A stretch of DNA of 60,584 bases, filler included, from Sphacelaria rigidula (GCA_964200075.2; 7 parts of 7 records of this genome joined end to end with filler, not necessarily neighbours in it); one strand, 5' to 3'; counted from the whole stretch's first letter, positions 25,359 through 37,710 are shown. Notes: a model not told the origin generated them from the letters alone. Program-made: numbers and translations.

Positions 25359-26249
25359 CCTTCCTTGTATATTTATCGCAAGAGCGGTTCAGCGTTCACT
25401 TTTCTTCGTCGACCCTGAAGTTGATTCTTCTTCTGCTTCAAAGAAACTCACAGCGGCGCGCCGGCAGGCGACAGCGTGTGAAACCCTCGTGCACACCATG
25501 CCACATGCGGCGGTGGCACGTTCACCGTTCACCGTGGTCTACACCCCCACAACAGCATTGTACGATACCGCTCTGACTTTACTCTACTCTGTACCTTACC
25601 CACTACGAAACGGATATGTGGGCAGCAATTTAACGGCAAGATCTGATCACTCCGTTTCTATGTTGGCGCTTTTTCTTTCATCAGAACAGCTATTTCGAAT
25701 CCCCGGAATATCGAGGCCGACTGGGAACTTGGGGCGTACTCATGACCTTGCATGCCGTAGTAGTTATATGGCTATTGACCACGCATCTCTACAAAGCAGG
25801 GACGGAGAACGCCGGATATTTGCCGAACCGGACTGGGCGCCTGGGGGTGTACTCATGATCATGCATGCCAAAGTCATCAGACCATCGACCTCGCATCCCT
25901 ACAAAGCCGNNNNNNNNNNNNNNNNNNNNNNNNNNNNNNNNNNNNNNNNNNNNTTAATTAATTAANNNNNNNNNNNNNNNNNNNNNNNNNNNNNNNNNNN
26001 NNNNNNNNNTCCATGTGAATTTGACATGGAGGGGGTGATGACCCTACCCTATCCGTACTGGTTATTTTTTCTGTATTTTTTCAAAGGGGGGCGGGGGGAG
26101 GAGGGTGAAACTCAAGGACCAAGCAGATAATTTTTAATCTGAAAAATCACAGCTAGAAACATCGCTTAGGTTGCCAGCCATAAAAAGAAGCCAATAGCCG
26201 ATACGAGAAGACGGGGATGTATCAGTTTCGTGTTACCCCCTCTTCTCGT

Positions 26250-26690
26250 ACACATTCACATGCTTGCTTGGATACGAAGCCAGTTGGTCTCTCGACCCTC
26301 TACGTCCTCAAGTCCTCACGAGCTGTTCCTTTTGTTGCTGTGCTAGACATGGCGGCGTTTCTATTTGCCCTCAATGCCAAAGCCTTTTGCTTGTGGCGTA
26401 GGTTTGATTGACGCTTGCCGTCACGTCTCCTTGAACTCATCCGCCCCTTCCGCCGCCCTCAGGTGCCATTTGTCCACGTTCTTCGCGGCAGTGACCCAGT
26501 TGTGTGAGTCTCTGACCTCCATACTGTAGGTGAACCATTCATGTGCTATGGTACTACCACAGAACGCCACACCTATGCTGTACAAGTTGACCGAAACACG
26601 GAAGACGAAGCATGAAGCCGTGCACCGCTGCTTCACGACTCATCGACGCAACCCATTTCCATCGACGCATTCGAAGCGCCCTCCGTATCT
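26250..26690 (-). mobile_element. Old RTE LINE C-terminal fragment
   Basis: WFTYSMEVRDSHNWVTAAKNVDKWH aligns with WFVYGVEVNDA*DWVTAAKDLGKWH of the LINE at 31841-34578. Confidence 0.75.
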
Positions 26691-27076
26691 ATTGATACCT
26701 CATATCCCTCTGCGACTGTAAAGTGCAGGCCTGAATTGTCCAGTCAACGTTAATATATAATGCATATTTTGCTATAAGCTCACCATACAAAAATTAGTAT
26801 AAAATAACCGGTAACGGCAAACCTCAAATAAACTGGATACACTGGCGCCCTCGCCACCAGTTCCATTCAACTCCACTTCCAGTTAAATCTACAGTATTAA
26901 CTGGTCGAGTTCACCGCCGTAGATTTCGGCGTTCAAACGCTGCAAACCGGTCGAATTTGGTCAACATGACCAAAAAATGGGCAGGTTTCATAAAAAAATC
27001 CGTGACAAGTGGTGCTCGATTTTTTCTTTCTTTTCTATGGACATCTCCATAATTTCATCATTTCGACGAACCTTCC

Positions 27077-27535
27077 CAAGGTTGTGTTTTGTAGGGTGTG
27101 GTTTTCTGTATACTCGGGGTATTTTCCCGGGTATTTACCGGTACCCGACGGTTCTGTAAACTCTGTAAAACTTTCATACCAGTACTCGATAGTTCTGTAA
27201 TTTCTCCTAGACTTTCATACCCTTACTCGATAGTTCTGCGAGTTCTGTAAGCCTCCCGTACCGTTACCGGGGGGCACGGGTATATGCTCTTGATGAGATA
27301 CCCGGTAGTGGGTACGTTTCTGTGCAACCTCTATACCCTTCCCGACAGTTCTGTACAGAATGTTTACCTGTACCCGGAGCGTGGGTATGCTTTTGAAATA
27401 AATACCGGACTGTCGGTACGGTGTTTCTTCAAGCCCCCCAAACCGTACCCGACAAGTTCTGTAATTTTTGTAAGACCTTCAAACCGGTACCCGACAGTTT
27501 TGTAAGTTCTGCAAGCCTCCCATGCCCCTACCCTG
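27077..27535 (+). repeat. Internally repetitive element (CAAGGTTGTG start), 3'-truncated copy
   Basis: Colinear with 28708-29308; about 36-bp subrepeats TACCCGACAGTTCTGTAA..CTGTAAGACTTTCA. Confidence 0.85.
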
Positions 27536-27569
27536 GGTTAGAGTATAGCGTTAAGATATACCCGATTGC

Positions 27570-27790
27570 AGGTACGTTATAATGGCCCGACTGTCGCCAT
27601 TAGGGTGGGGAGAACGAGGGTTTGATTCCCGTTGCGGTGGTTTTTTTCTTCGTGGTATCTGATTTCCACCGTGGGAGCGTGAGAACGTGAGTAAACAAAG
27701 TAGTTGACTGTGTTCATTTGATGTGAGTTGGCGCGGTGCGGGAGTGGTGATAGTCATGACCCAATCTGCGAGACCAAAATGCAAGGCATG
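27570..27790 (+). mobile_element. SINE2 copy
   Basis: B-box-like GGTTTGATTCCC followed by the shared SINE2 body. Confidence 0.65.
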
Positions 27791-27884
27791 TAGCGGGGAG
27801 AGATGGGCGGATCTCTTCAGACCACGGACTCGTCCCGAGGAAGGGGGGAGGAGTCAAAGTGCGACAAAAAAATACAAAAAAATA

Positions 27885-27885
<1 letters not shown>

Positions 27886-27918
<33 letters not shown>

Positions 27919-27941
27919 GATTAATAATAATAATAATATAA
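27886..27941. repeat. Compound (CTA)n(TAA)n microsatellite
   Basis: Seen directly in the sequence. Confidence 0.92.
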
Positions 27942-28016
27942 ATGGTACGAGCACAGGTGTATACGTTGGGCAAGTATGGATATTGGCTCAATTCAAACAC
28001 AACCTCATGACATCAA

Positions 28017-28116
28017 CCCTTAGACGGCGAGAGTAGGTCACCTGTTGAAACGGCATCAATTCCACTCGAACAAGTATGCGTGTTCCAGATAGACTACCCT
28101 CCTCGCGGTCTAAGGG
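28017..28116. mobile_element. PB1 MITE, third copy (opposite orientation)
   Basis: CCCTTAGACGGCGAG...CTCGCGGTCTAAGGG, 100 bp. The interior GGCATCAATT is the reverse complement of AATTGATGCC in copies 1 and 2. Flanks are TCAA/TTGA. Confidence 0.85.
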
Positions 28117-28707
28117 TTGACACGTCGTACCTCCCATCGATCAACCCACCTTACTCCTTCATTCAACACTGCACACCAACAAAATTTCAATGTTGGAAAC
28201 TTCCTCAGTTAGGAGTCTGACGGGATACGAGGTAATGCTTAGCGGAAACACGAAGCATGAGCAGCACTGCAGACCGGCGGGATGAATCACCCCCAGACTC
28301 GAGTGGTGGCTCGAGCGGGGGCGGTTCATCTGCGCCACCAGGGGATCAAGTAGCAAGATACACATCATCGACGTTGATGGCGGTTGTGGCGTGGTCATCA
28401 AACCCCAAGCTGATATCAACATGCACAGCAAAGAGTATGAGCTGCCACCGGAAGTCAAGGTCGTTGACGATTTTGTCGTGCTGAAGGGCTTCCAGAGAGC
28501 GGGCAGCGGTGAGTGCTCCTTCATGTGCCCTCTGGGAGTGTACGTGAAGCCATAGGCGTGTTGACGATTCCGTGCACATGTACAACTGCGAGTGTTCGTG
28601 AAGTCTTTCTCTATTAATCCCGTTAAACCGTTCAGAGTTTTCGTAAACTATCATATGTAGTTCTTCACGGAGTGACGTAGGTCCCATCACAGGGGTGATG
28701 ATAATAC

Positions 28708-29308
28708 CAAGGCTGTCTTTTGTAGGGTACGGTTTGTGTATACCCGGGGTATTTTCCCGGGTGTTTTACCGTACCTTACAGTTCCGTGACTTCTGTGAGA
28801 CTTCCATGCCGGTACCCGACAGTTCTGCAAACTCTGTAAAACTTTCATATTGGTACCCGACAGTTCTGTGATCTCTGTAAGACTGTCATACCCTTACCCG
28901 ATAGTTCTGTGAGTTCTGGAAGTCTCCTGTGCCGTTACCAGGGGGCACGGGTATGTTCTTGATAAGATATCCGGTTGCGGGTGCGGTTTTCTGTTCAACC
29001 TCTATACCCTACCCGACAGTTCTTGCGAATTCTGCAGGCCTCCCATACCCTTACCCGACAGTTCTGTGAGCTCTGTACATGATGTGTACCCGTATCCGGA
29101 GCGTGGGTATGCATGCCCTTGAAGAAATACCTGACTGTCGGTACGGTATTTCTGTAGCCTCCCATACCGTACCCGACAAGTTCTGTAACTTCTGTAAGTT
29201 TTCGAACCGGTACCCGACAGTTTTGTAAGTTCTGCAAGACTTTCATACCGGTACCCGATATTTCTGTAAGTTATGTAAGCCTTTCATACCCTACAGAACA
29301 CAACCTTA
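28708..29308 (+). mobile_element. Non-autonomous element with about 21-bp inverted ends and internal tandem subrepeats
   Basis: AAGGCTGTCTTTTGTAGGGTA ... TACCCTACAGAACACAACCTT; related copies at 27077 and 22705. Confidence 0.7.
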
Positions 29309-29887
29309 AACCTTTTAATACCTATAGCATCGTAAGCACCTCCGTCGCGAGGAGATGATCTGTACCCCATAACTGGCTATACTTACGGGACAGCGAACGG
29401 AAAGAGATGTCATAGATGCCACGTTGTCACGATGTGTAACTCTGCAACTGCCGTTGTGTACAGTACACTAGAGGACATCAAACTCGCGTTGACTGTGCTC
29501 GAGGCGAACGAAGCCTGAATGCCAGCGATTTGTGAGCTTCGCGAGAGACCGGCACAGCCGAACTACCCTATCGTGGAATGAAAACGGCGTACTTTCTTGA
29601 AACTCCGGAGGTGTCCGTTTGTCGAATCGGAATCATTTTCACTTGAAAGAAGGCTGAAAATGATGCCGATACTACAAACGAACACCTCCTACGCGAGAGG
29701 GGTCAAGCATTACATGAATTCGTAATCTTCGCAGAATCGGAACAATTTCAGGGCGCTCTGTTGGTCACGAAAGGACAAGCAATGTAGAGCATGCTACAAA
29801 AACTTTTTGCGACATGTCATCGCACGACGCAATCAGCAAGAAGCGCACCGAATAACTCGCAACGTCAGCAATACCAACAACACTCAC

Positions 29888-30048
29888 CCCTTCCTGTAGT
29901 ACCCGATCTCTTTGGGCTCGACTTTCACTGCAGCCGAGGCATCCTGAAGGGCCTCACGGTGCTTGTTGAGCTTCAAGTACGCCGCGGCCCGGTTCGACCT
30001 AGCGACCGCCTCCTCCCCCCCGCCGAGTGAAATAGCCTGGCCATACTC
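29888..30048 (-). CDS. SGT1: Exon 2 of an SGT1-like TPR co-chaperone
   Basis: AG|EYGQAISLGGGEEAVARSNRAAAYLKLNKHREALQDASAAVKVEPKEIGYYRKG|GTGAGT. Canonical TPR motif, in phase with exon 1. Confidence 0.75.
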
Positions 30049-30403
30049 CTGATTTATTCGCCAAGAGTGGAAATGTACGCGTGCACTTACTCACAGGAAG
30101 AAAGGAGGGATCCTTGCAGGGATCATGTGGTATCCTGCTCATGTGGGGTAGGCGCAGTGCCCATGATCGATGAAGGTGGATTCGTGGATTTGTCCGCGTT
30201 TCGTTTCTTGGATCGCCGCCTTCTAGAAAAGAACTGGAAGCGGCAAGATAACCCCCAGGCCTTTAAGCGAGCAAGAGATGCTATAAGCATGCAAAAATGT
30301 TACGCAGCGTCAATCCAATGGTAGTGCAGTAGTGTAATGAGCATCAAAAGGACGATACCATCTAACATCCACGTTATGCAACACCCATATAATGATAGCC
30401 CAC

Positions 30404-30472
30404 CTGTACTGCCTTGCCGTACTCTTCGTCCAAGAAAGCCTGGTTTCCCGAATGGATCGCGTCCGTGACCAT
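30404..30472 (-). CDS. SGT1: Exon 1 of an SGT1-like TPR co-chaperone (gene continues off the scaffold or exon 3 not found)
   Basis: ATG MVTDAIHSGNQAFLDEEYGKAVQ|GTGGGC resembles the AFLDDDF N-terminus of plant SGT1. A TPR protein is well supported; SGT1 orthology is inferred because the CS and SGS domains are not seen. Confidence 0.7.
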
Positions 30473-30934
30473 CTCTCACTGGTCACTAAATCAACGCTCC
30501 TCAGCCCTCGAACTCGAGTAGCCCCAATTGACACCCACGGGAAATAAACTACAGCGCGACTCGTGGACCTCTATCGCTTGTAAGCACCGAGACACCACGT
30601 GATCAGGAGGAGCACGCGGACTGTCTGTGTAGCTGATGTTTACCGTGCTCTTCTGCCACGCGCAAACTATGTGTCGTTTTCTAATTTGGACCGTTTTCAT
30701 CGGCTAAACCTGCCTTTCTTAGTTCATTTTCTACATATCGCTTAGTCTGGAGGATCCATGAGTATGTCAGTTGCTATAAGACACTAATGTTCTTCTTTAT
30801 TTTTTTTCGTGTGCTGGATATCTGATATCAAACGGGAGAGACACGGGTCTGAGTATGAGACGAATGTGATAATGATGAGTCCTTGGCTTACCCCGAGCCG
30901 CACGGCCGCATCGCTCACGGGCCTGGGTGGTGAG
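30473..30934. promoter_or_regulatory. Putative bidirectional promoter and 5' UTRs between SGT1-like and DPH5
   Basis: 462 bp without obvious repeats between two divergent ATGs. Confidence 0.55.
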
Positions 30935-31072
30935 ATGGTGCTGTACGTTATTGGTCTTGGCCTTGGGGATGAGAAGGACATCACGGTTCGGGGTCTGGAG
31001 GCAGTGCGACGCAGCACCAGGGTGGTTTTGGAGCACTACACCTCTATTCTGGGCGTTGACAAAGATAAGCTG
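30935..31072 (+). CDS. DPH5: Exon 1 of diphthine methyl ester synthase
   Basis: [52 protein letters not shown] is the conserved DPH5 N-terminus followed by a strong splice donor. Confidence 0.95.
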
Positions 31073-31840
31073 GTGAGCGGCTGTCTGGGCACTGGTGTAA
31101 CGGACGAATTATCTGAACCAACACACAGGAGCTGCAAGCCAAGGGATTGCTCGAGCTGGAGTTATGCAGTACAGCACAGCGCAGTACTGTGTAGCATATC
31201 CCTGAATAATACCCCTACTATGGATTTGTAACTAAGTTACATTTGTGGAGATGCCCCCGATCTTGACGGTCGGTACTACACCTACAGTGCGCACAACAAC
31301 AGGTGAAGTCACTATTATACCAGTAAAAGTTGGGAGGGGCCGGCAATCTTTTGGGCGCAGCATACCGCCTCTGCGCAAGCGTCATGCAGGACTACACGTT
31401 ACAGCCAGTGGAGCGATGGTGAATGCTGTACATAACAGAGAGACAGCGGAAGGGCGTAAGTGAGAAAGTGCCCCCAGTGGTACTGCGCAGTTTGAGCTAG
31501 CCAGTAGCTGCTGGTCTTGCGGCCCACATCCATCGGCAGTTCGGTTTATCGGCGAACGTGGGTGGATGAAGTACAAATTCACGAACCCGTGGACGTGAAA
31601 TCAGATACTCGAACCGAGAAGCCGGTAGACACTACACTAAGCACACTTACTTTCGAATGGCTCGCCAACATCCGAAACGCGGGGGTGTTTCGCCGGGGAT
31701 AAGGTCACCTTTTTTAGCAACCGCTGAGAAAACCAGACACGGAGGAGTGAACAAGCATATAACCACTCAAATATGGGTATTTATTCGTAGATACGCTCTG
31801 GAGGGACGTCCTAAGATGAACCAGACTCAATTCCACCCGC

Positions 31841-34578
31841 TGATTGATTTGATTGATTGTCGCACTTTAAGTGACCCCCCAGGGGTCCAGCCGTGGTCTC
31901 ATGATAGACGTACCCAACAAAAACGAAACTGAAACACGCTCTGAGACAAAAAGAAGGAACATAAAAAAAGAAAGAAAGAGGGGTCGAACAGAAAGACATA
32001 GCAGACAAAGTAGTGACAAAATAAAAGTAATAAAGAAGTCAAAACAAGCAAAGCACAGAAAGAAATGGCCGACCTAAAAAAAGAAAAAAGGAAAAGAAGA
32101 GGAAAGTACAGAGCAAAATAAAATAAAATACAATGAAACGATGGGGAGAAAAGAAAAGGAAGACAAACAAAGATTTTCCGATTGGCAGCCCTCGACGCAG
32201 CAGCCTCTCGCTTGTGACGGCGGTCTGACTCTCGCTTGTCCGCGCGTCGCGACGTGTCCTCAAACTCTTCCGCTCCCTTTTCGATTCGAATATGCCATTT
32301 GCCCAGGTCCTTCGCCGCAGTGACCCAATCTCATGCATCGTTTACCTCTACACCGTAGACGAACCACTTTCGTCGGGCTCCTTTGTGCGGGACAGCCCCT
32401 AGCGCACGTAGGTTCTCCTTTAGGGTATCCTCCCATTGCTTGGGGGGGCGGCCGACCTCCTTGGGTCCTCGTGTGGAAAGCCGACCGTTCATAACACGGT
32501 TGGGAAAGCGTGTGTCCTTCTGCCGGACAAGTTCTCCCGCGAACCAGAGTTGACGTTTGCGGATAGTTGTCTCGATACGTTCGCAGTTGGTCACCTCGAG
32601 CACCGCTCTGTACGAAAAAGTCTTGTAGCCATTTCGATCGTTCCTGTAGAATCCAACCACTCTCAGCAAGAGCTTGTGATGGGCAGTGCGCAGACTGCCG
32701 AAGCCCTCAGAATGTAGCGTCCATGTGGCACACCCATACATCAGAGCTTTCACCCCCTCCGTTTTAAGCAGCCGAACTTTCAAGGATAGCTCAGCGTTGG
32801 GTCGGTCGTAGAGTTGGGAGCTATATTTTCGGATACGCGCCCACGCCGCGCTGATACGGCGGTTCATTTCGATGGATATTTTATCCGCGCTGATAGCTCC
32901 ACCAAGGTAGATGAACTTCCTCGTCTGCTTATACCGTTGACCGGCAGCTCTGATATCCAGGATGGCCTCCGTGGGACTGGGTACTGACCAAAGGCACATG
33001 GACTCTGTCTTGGTCTCGGAGACCATCAGACCGAATTCCTGGGAGGTCATCACTATCACGGCCATCATGCGAGCAAGGCCTTCCGAGGTCTTCGAGGCTA
33101 TACCGGCGTCGTCCGCATAAAGCATTGCCCACACCGCGCGTCGCACCTTTTCCAGTGGTCTCTTCCACGGGTTCACCACCTACACCTTGTGGCGCATCAT
33201 CTAGAAATACCAAGTCTGAGACGATGAGTGGGTCCGCCGCAAACCGCTGGACGATCACTTCTACCAAGCCTGCTCCGAAGATGTGGAACAGCAGCGGAGA
33301 CGAAACGCAACTTGTCTGAGTCCCTGGCAGACGTCGAACCACGCTGATAGTTCGCCACTATCCGGCGGTGCTCGAGCTCGCATGCCGTCGTGAAACATAC
33401 GGATGATCGTGATCATTCGCGACGGGACTCCGAACCAAGCAAGCACTTCCCACAGGAGCGTGCGGTCTACACAATCGTAGGCTTTCTGCAGATCGATAAA
33501 GCACATGCCTATTGGGATGTTGCTCGCCCGTCCCAACTCCTGGAGTCGGCGTACTACGAACATCATGTCTATGGTCGATCTTTGGCGCCTCAATCCACAC
33601 TGCTCTTCCGGGAAGACATCTGTTTCCTCACCAAAATCACCGAGCCTGTTGGCTACGATTTTGAGGAGAAGTTTAGCAGTATGTGCCACAAGTGAAATGC
33701 CTCTGTAGTTATTACACTGGGTCCTATTTTTTTTTTGTGTAGCACTTTAATGGTGGCATCTTTCCATTCTTGCGGCACCTCGCCAGATAATCAAACTGCA
33801 GAGACGATGTCGGGGAAGTGTTACGCTGTCAACCGTCGTTGGATCGGGAATCTCGACCGTACGCTCCTACAATTTTACGTTCCTCCTCGCCTGTTCGTCG
33901 TCCAGTCCTTGCGTTAGCGTCCATTGAAATAGACAGGTGATGCTTGGGGGGGATACAGTTCACAATGCCGTCTAACTCAGTCCAGAACACATCTCTATCT
34001 TCTCTTGACTGTGGAGCGTCTGTATGGGCGTATGCAACGACAAACGTGGCAGCATTTGATTTACCAGCTAGGTTGAAAGTCATCGACAGGAGGCGTTCGC
34101 TGATGAGTGCCTGAGTCCACGTCGCCTTCTTATGATCGACTCCTTGACTGCCAACCCAACCCCATGTTGATCAGCCCTTCCCTTGCCCCCCTCTGCCCCG
34201 CAACACGAGACGCGGTATCCCGCCGCACAAAATTCGGATCGACCTTGTCTCCTCGTTTCCTGTAGCCCGATGACTTCACATCCGACTGCCTGACATTTTT
34301 TCAGGACCACCTCAGCATGGCCAGCTCCGTTCTTTCCCGTGAGGGACAGTGTACGGACGTTATCGGTAGCCACTTCGAGCTCCCCACTACGTGTCCTAGC
34401 TTTAGCCTTCTCTATATTCTCGCGTGTTTTTTTTTGTTCTGCTCTCCTTTTTGGTCTGTTGCGTCTTCTAATTTTACGGGCGAGCTGTTGTTTCTGTTCT
34501 GATTTTTCTTCGGCACGTCTATCACGGTACTTGCCTTGCTTGTTGGTCTCGCGGGAAGGGTGCAGCCTTCCCATCCCG
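31841..34578 (-). mobile_element. RTE-clade LINE, degenerate, antisense in DPH5 intron 1 and cut by the scaffold end
   Basis: APE endonuclease (VATDNVRTL, IGLQETR, MDANARTG), RT (EVPQEWKDATI, NYRGISL, FIDLQKAYD, GLRQ, MLYADD, FIYLGG), purine/pyrimidine-biased 3' UTR and (CAAT)n tail. It has frameshifts and a deletion between EN and RT near 33800. Confidence 0.95.
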
Positions 34579-34678
34579 NNNNNNNNNNNNNNNNNNNNNN
34601 NNNNNNNNNNNNNNNNNNNNNNTTAATTAATTAANNNNNNNNNNNNNNNNNNNNNNNNNNNNNNNNNNNNNNNNNNNN

Positions 34679-35790
34679 GAAAGGGGATTTTGAAAAAGGG
34701 GATTATCCCCTTCGTTAAGACAGGCCCTAAATACTCACTGCAACAAAGCGGGCTGGCAGGCAGGCTCCGGTTCTATACAAAAAATCCTATATACTCATTG
34801 CAACCAAGCGGGCTGGCAGGCTCCGGTTCCATACAAAATCCTACATACTTAATGCAACTAAGCGGACTGGCAGGTTCTGGTTCTATACTAAATCCTATAT
34901 ACTCAATGCAACCAAGCGGGCTGGCAGGTTCTGGTTCTATACTAAATCCTATATACTCAATGCAAACAAGCTCAACCACAAGTTACTTGGTTTTAGAATG
35001 GGTTCAACGGGGGAGAAGAGTAATTTCACTTGCAGAGCACGCCCAAGCACAAGCAGCAAAAAACAAAACAGTCGCCGTCTCGGCAAGTCTTGGTTCGGTG
35101 TTGGGCTAGAAGTACGTTGTGTAAGCGAACATAATGCGCTTGATCTATTGCTTGATGCAACCTGATCATGAATCCTCGCAAACCCAAATGAGTCAGATGA
35201 CTAGAGTTCGGCACCCTAACACCAGAACACCAGAACAAGCAGAGCCAAGGGTTTTTCGTAAAAACGCGGCGAGACTAATTAATTGGGGCAAAAAATCGAG
35301 GCGGGGGAGGGGGGCAGTTGCGACGAACCACGAACCCTTCACCCGTCTGTGACCGCAGCGACCACTGCAAGCCGCACTAGTGTGGCTGAGGGGGTGTAGC
35401 CGGAGGATCTGCGTTATTTATTCGGCGTAATTATTTACTTGCTTGCTTAAATCATCTTGAATCATCAAATAACTATTATTGATAAATTAATCGAAAACAA
35501 CACTCAACACTGCTCAAACCACTGCACACCATCCAAGTTTATTCGTGAAACTCACGAACGGCTCGTGCGCATTGTTTCGACAACGTCTTGCTGACCAACT
35601 GACACCTCAAAGGCTGATGAACAGTTGTCTCGTTTGAGAAAATCAAATCAAATCAGGAGCTGCTGGGGGGGGGTAGTGTGGGTCCAAGGATATTTTTTTC
35701 ACTCGCCCTTGTGCCATGGGTGTGTTTCTTCTCGACACCAAAATTTCGAAAATGATTTTTTGAACCGCTCCCGTGAGAGTTGGTCCCAGT
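34679..35790. repeat. About 1.1-kb dispersed non-coding element, second copy at about 56120-57270
   Basis: Shared blocks AAATCCTATATA, GAGTCAG.TGACT.GAG.TC, CGGCTCGTGCGCATTGTTTCGACA.CGTCTTGCTGA and AAATCAGGA + G-run. Boundaries are approximate. Confidence 0.75.
34731..34967. repeat. 54-bp minisatellite, about 4.3 copies
   Basis: Unit ATACTCAATGCAACCAAGCGGGCTGGCAGGYTCYGGTTCTATACWAAATCCTAT. Confidence 0.92.
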
Positions 35791-35809
35791 ACTAAAAATA
35801 TATTTTTCA

Positions 35810-36190
35810 AGTATGGAAATCGTACCCAAATTGCCCAATATTTGGATAGGGTATTGAGATCATACCCAACTTTGTCCAACATTTGAGTAGAGTATTGAGG
35901 TCGTACCCAAGTGATACTCTTTCTATACCCGGGTGTTGCTGAGAGTACTTACCCAATATTTAGGTAAAGTATTATGGTCATTCACACCTAAACCACCCGG
36001 AACATGGGTAAATTATTGAGAACGTCCTCATCTGTGTCCAAAGTTTGGGTCGAGTGTCGAATCAAATCATTTTCCGCACCCGGATGGTGCTGAGATTACT
36101 CACCCAATTTCGGGGTAGAGTATTGATATCATATGCTGAAATCACCCAATATTTGGGTAGGGGGTTGAGATCGCACCCGATTTACCTAAC
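35810..36190. repeat. Degenerate tandem subrepeat region (TACCCAA...GGGTAG.GTATTGAG), related tract at 41225-41365
   Basis: Recurrent ACCCAA(T/A)ATTTGGGTAG motifs. Confidence 0.65.
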
Positions 36191-36645
36191 GCTGTCGTGG
36201 AATATTGAGACAAGCTGTGTTTCTCCTGCTGGTGCGATAAACTTTACTGCATGATCTTGCCGCCCTCAGCCATTTTCGTGTACATTACGACAGTAAGTGT
36301 TGCGCTGTTGTTGATAAGGTTTGGCTATATCCGGGCGCTTGTCGGCGGCGAGGTCGTGTACGGAGCTCACCGCCTGGTTAGTAAGATGCAATGCTCGAAG
36401 TAAAACGCAGGCACGATTAGGCCTTCGATCCGCCTATTCGGTTTTGCGTTGGTGTTCAAATAAATTCCTACAACTAATAGCAACAACTCTCGCCCTATCA
36501 GAACATACTGCACAGTTTTCGACAATTACCCGCCCCGTCGATGTATGGCAGGCGACCAGGCGACGGCATACGCGGGACATATCAGCGAAATCTAAAGGAC
36601 GTTACGGCTGTCTGAGTTCAGCCAAGCCGCTTTTTTTAGCGCGAC

Positions 36646-36812
36646 ATGCTGTCGGCGGACGTAAACGCAGGGCAGCAGCAGCCGCTGGACGCGGGAAAGG
36701 AAGGGGCGGAGTGCCCTGTACCCGGGAGCGCTGTTGACATGGAAATTTCTCTCTCAAGAGATGAAGCGCATTTGACGCTACCCCACGACGACTCGACACC
36801 AACAACTAGCAG
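36646..36812 (+). CDS. Exon 1 of a spliced gene of unknown function
   Basis: ATG MLSADVNAGQQQP...STPTTS AG|GTGAGC; the phase-2 donor matches the next exon. Confidence 0.6.
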
Positions 36813-37099
36813 GTGAGCCTTTGTGCTGGAACCAATGTGTAGCCGATGGATAATGGAGATTGAAGGTCCCCGGAAAGAAATATGGAGGCATTGGGCGCGT
36901 ACGAGGTAGCCATTATCAACTGGTTGTGCGTATCCGGGCAGTCAGTTTTTACCGACCATGAGCGCATATATGATCTCTTAGAAACGTACGCATGTAGTGA
37001 TAAAATATGTGATGTTGGCTTTGGCTTCACCGTCGTTGCGTGTATTTTTATCTTGAACGATGCGACCAATGCGTGATTGGTACTTGAATCGTTCAACAG

Positions 37100-37319
37100 T
37101 CGAACCTCACCCCCCAACAGCTCCCCACCGCGGACCAACAACAGCTCGACAGCGGCTGCTACCGACTCTTGGGCGCCATGTTCGACAACGAACAAGATTT
37201 TTGGTGCTAGCCGGCACAGCGTTCGTCGTTGTGCAGACTCTTCCGGGTGTGGAAGCAGGACGAGTAGCGGGCGGTCGCCCGATGGCGAAGGAAGTGACGA
37301 GGACGCCGTCAAACACAAG
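37100..37319 (+). CDS. Exon 2 of the same gene
   Basis: AACAG|T, open frame RTSPPNSS...DEDAVKHK|GTAGTA; phases are consistent. Confidence 0.58.
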
Positions 37320-37710
37320 GTAGTATGGATTCGCCCCCTTTTTTTATTTCATGCGTAATGCTTTGAGGTGCTCAAATTTCGGAGCAGTTTTAGCGTAGCG
37401 TTTCGTTCGCTAGTCCCATGTATTCTGACGGAGTACATGAAAGTTGAAACGTGATGAATACTTGGGTGCCCCGGGTGGCTCGGTGACCAAGGCGGCAGTT
37501 TCTGCTGTGGCCGCTGAGTGTACATGAAGGAATGAACACCGAACGGGATCACGCTGCGATATCGTCCCTGAAGCCAAACTGACATATGTTTTTGCTTTTT
37601 CACGTCACGTTCATATCACATACGTGTGATGACCCCCGATGTTTCCATCAGCTCTGCCCCCACTAGCATGTGTGCAGTGCTATGTGGCAGTAGAGATTAC
37701 CAACCGCAAG

